Part shown: one piece after another, positions 63,470-64,000 of the stretch
Numbering within the stretch: position 1 is the first letter of the stretch
Layout: every line of letters begins with the position of its first letter
NCBI GenBank assembly: GCA_013239625.1
Contig: MU053561.1
Coordinates: forward strand, 374,826-438,825
Reading direction: 5' to 3'
Origin: Lama guanicoe
Taxonomy: Eukaryota
Length of the DNA: 64,000 nt
The notes under the pieces: generated by a model
The model's database searches: none
What the model saw: the letters and a program-made list of their open reading frames with translations, nothing else
Told to the model about the DNA's origin: nothing
Translations under genes and position numbers: made by a program

Positions 63470-63940
63470 GATCCTTCCACGTGCGCCTAACGGCCCCTCT
63501 CGGAAGAACTACATGCGTTGGACACGGGGGCGCGCACCTGTCGTTCGCCTGTTGTGAAAATCGGCTGCGCTGAGCCGGACCCAGCTCAGGCCAAGGCGGG
63601 CGCCCCCACACCCCGCGCTCGGGGAGCCCGGCGTCCCTGCAAGTCCGACCCGCAAGGCCACCGTTGCAGGGGCTGACTCGCCAGCGAACAGGCGATGCCA
63701 TGAGGTCAGGGAGGCCCTTCCTCTCCCACGGCCGTTCGCTCCCGGTGCTGCTCCTGGCGCTGCTGCTGGCTGACTGTGTTGGCAAGGATCCAGTTTTCCA
63801 CCCGGAGTGGGGCTTTGATTCCTATGAAGTCACCATCCCCAAGAAGCTGAGCTTCCGACGAGAGCAGCAGGGTGTGGCCAAGCACGTGTCCTACCTCCTG
63901 CAGGTAAAAGGCAAGAACCGCGTCCTCCACCTGTGGCCCA
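63470..63940 (+). promoter_or_regulatory. CpG-rich promoter/5' region of ADAM30 copy 2
   Basis: Identical to the copy-1 CpG-rich region. Confidence 0.75.
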
Positions 63941-64000
63941 AGAGGTTTCTGTTAGCCCGAACTCTGCAGGTTTTCTCCTTCACGGAGCAGGGGCAGCTCT
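63700..64000 (+). CDS. ADAM30: ADAM30-like protein, copy 2 (5' part only; runs off the window)
   Basis: MRSGRPFLSHGRSLPVLLLALLLADCVGKDPVFHPEWGFDSYEVTIPKK..., identical to 45088-45388. Confidence 0.9.
   Translation, partial: MRSGRPFLSHGRSLPVLLLALLLADCVGKDPVFHPEWGFDSYEVTIPKKLSFRREQQGVAKHVSYLLQVKGKNRVLHLWPKRFLLARTLQVFSFTEQGQL

Overview
Mammalian genomic DNA, probably camelid, inferred from two tRNA-derived SINEs that resemble Vic-1. Bases 1-33.3 kb hold the 3' part of NOTCH2 on the + strand: 21 coding exons (numbered 14-34 by homology to human) with a continuous reading frame, encoding EGF repeats, LNR, HD, TM, RAM, ankyrin and PEST, then a ~3.2 kb 3'UTR. Downstream is a duplicated ADAM30 locus. 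Copy 1 (45088-47241, intronless, 717 aa) has Val in place of the catalytic Glu of the zinc motif (HVLGHSVGMNHD) and has lost its cytoplasmic tail through an apparent frameshift. Copy 2 starts at 63700 and runs off the window. The two units are a mosaic: strongly diverged distal promoters sit beside a ~675 bp apparently identical tract. There is also a direct duplicated block (35.3-37.2 kb vs 52.2-54.1 kb), an inverted duplicated block (43.2-44.1 kb vs 61.2-62.1 kb) and a local inverted repeat. This pattern suggests an old duplication undergoing gene conversion. The rest is L1, MIR, LTR and DNA-transposon remnants. All alignments and repeat-family names were made by eye and from memory, not computed.
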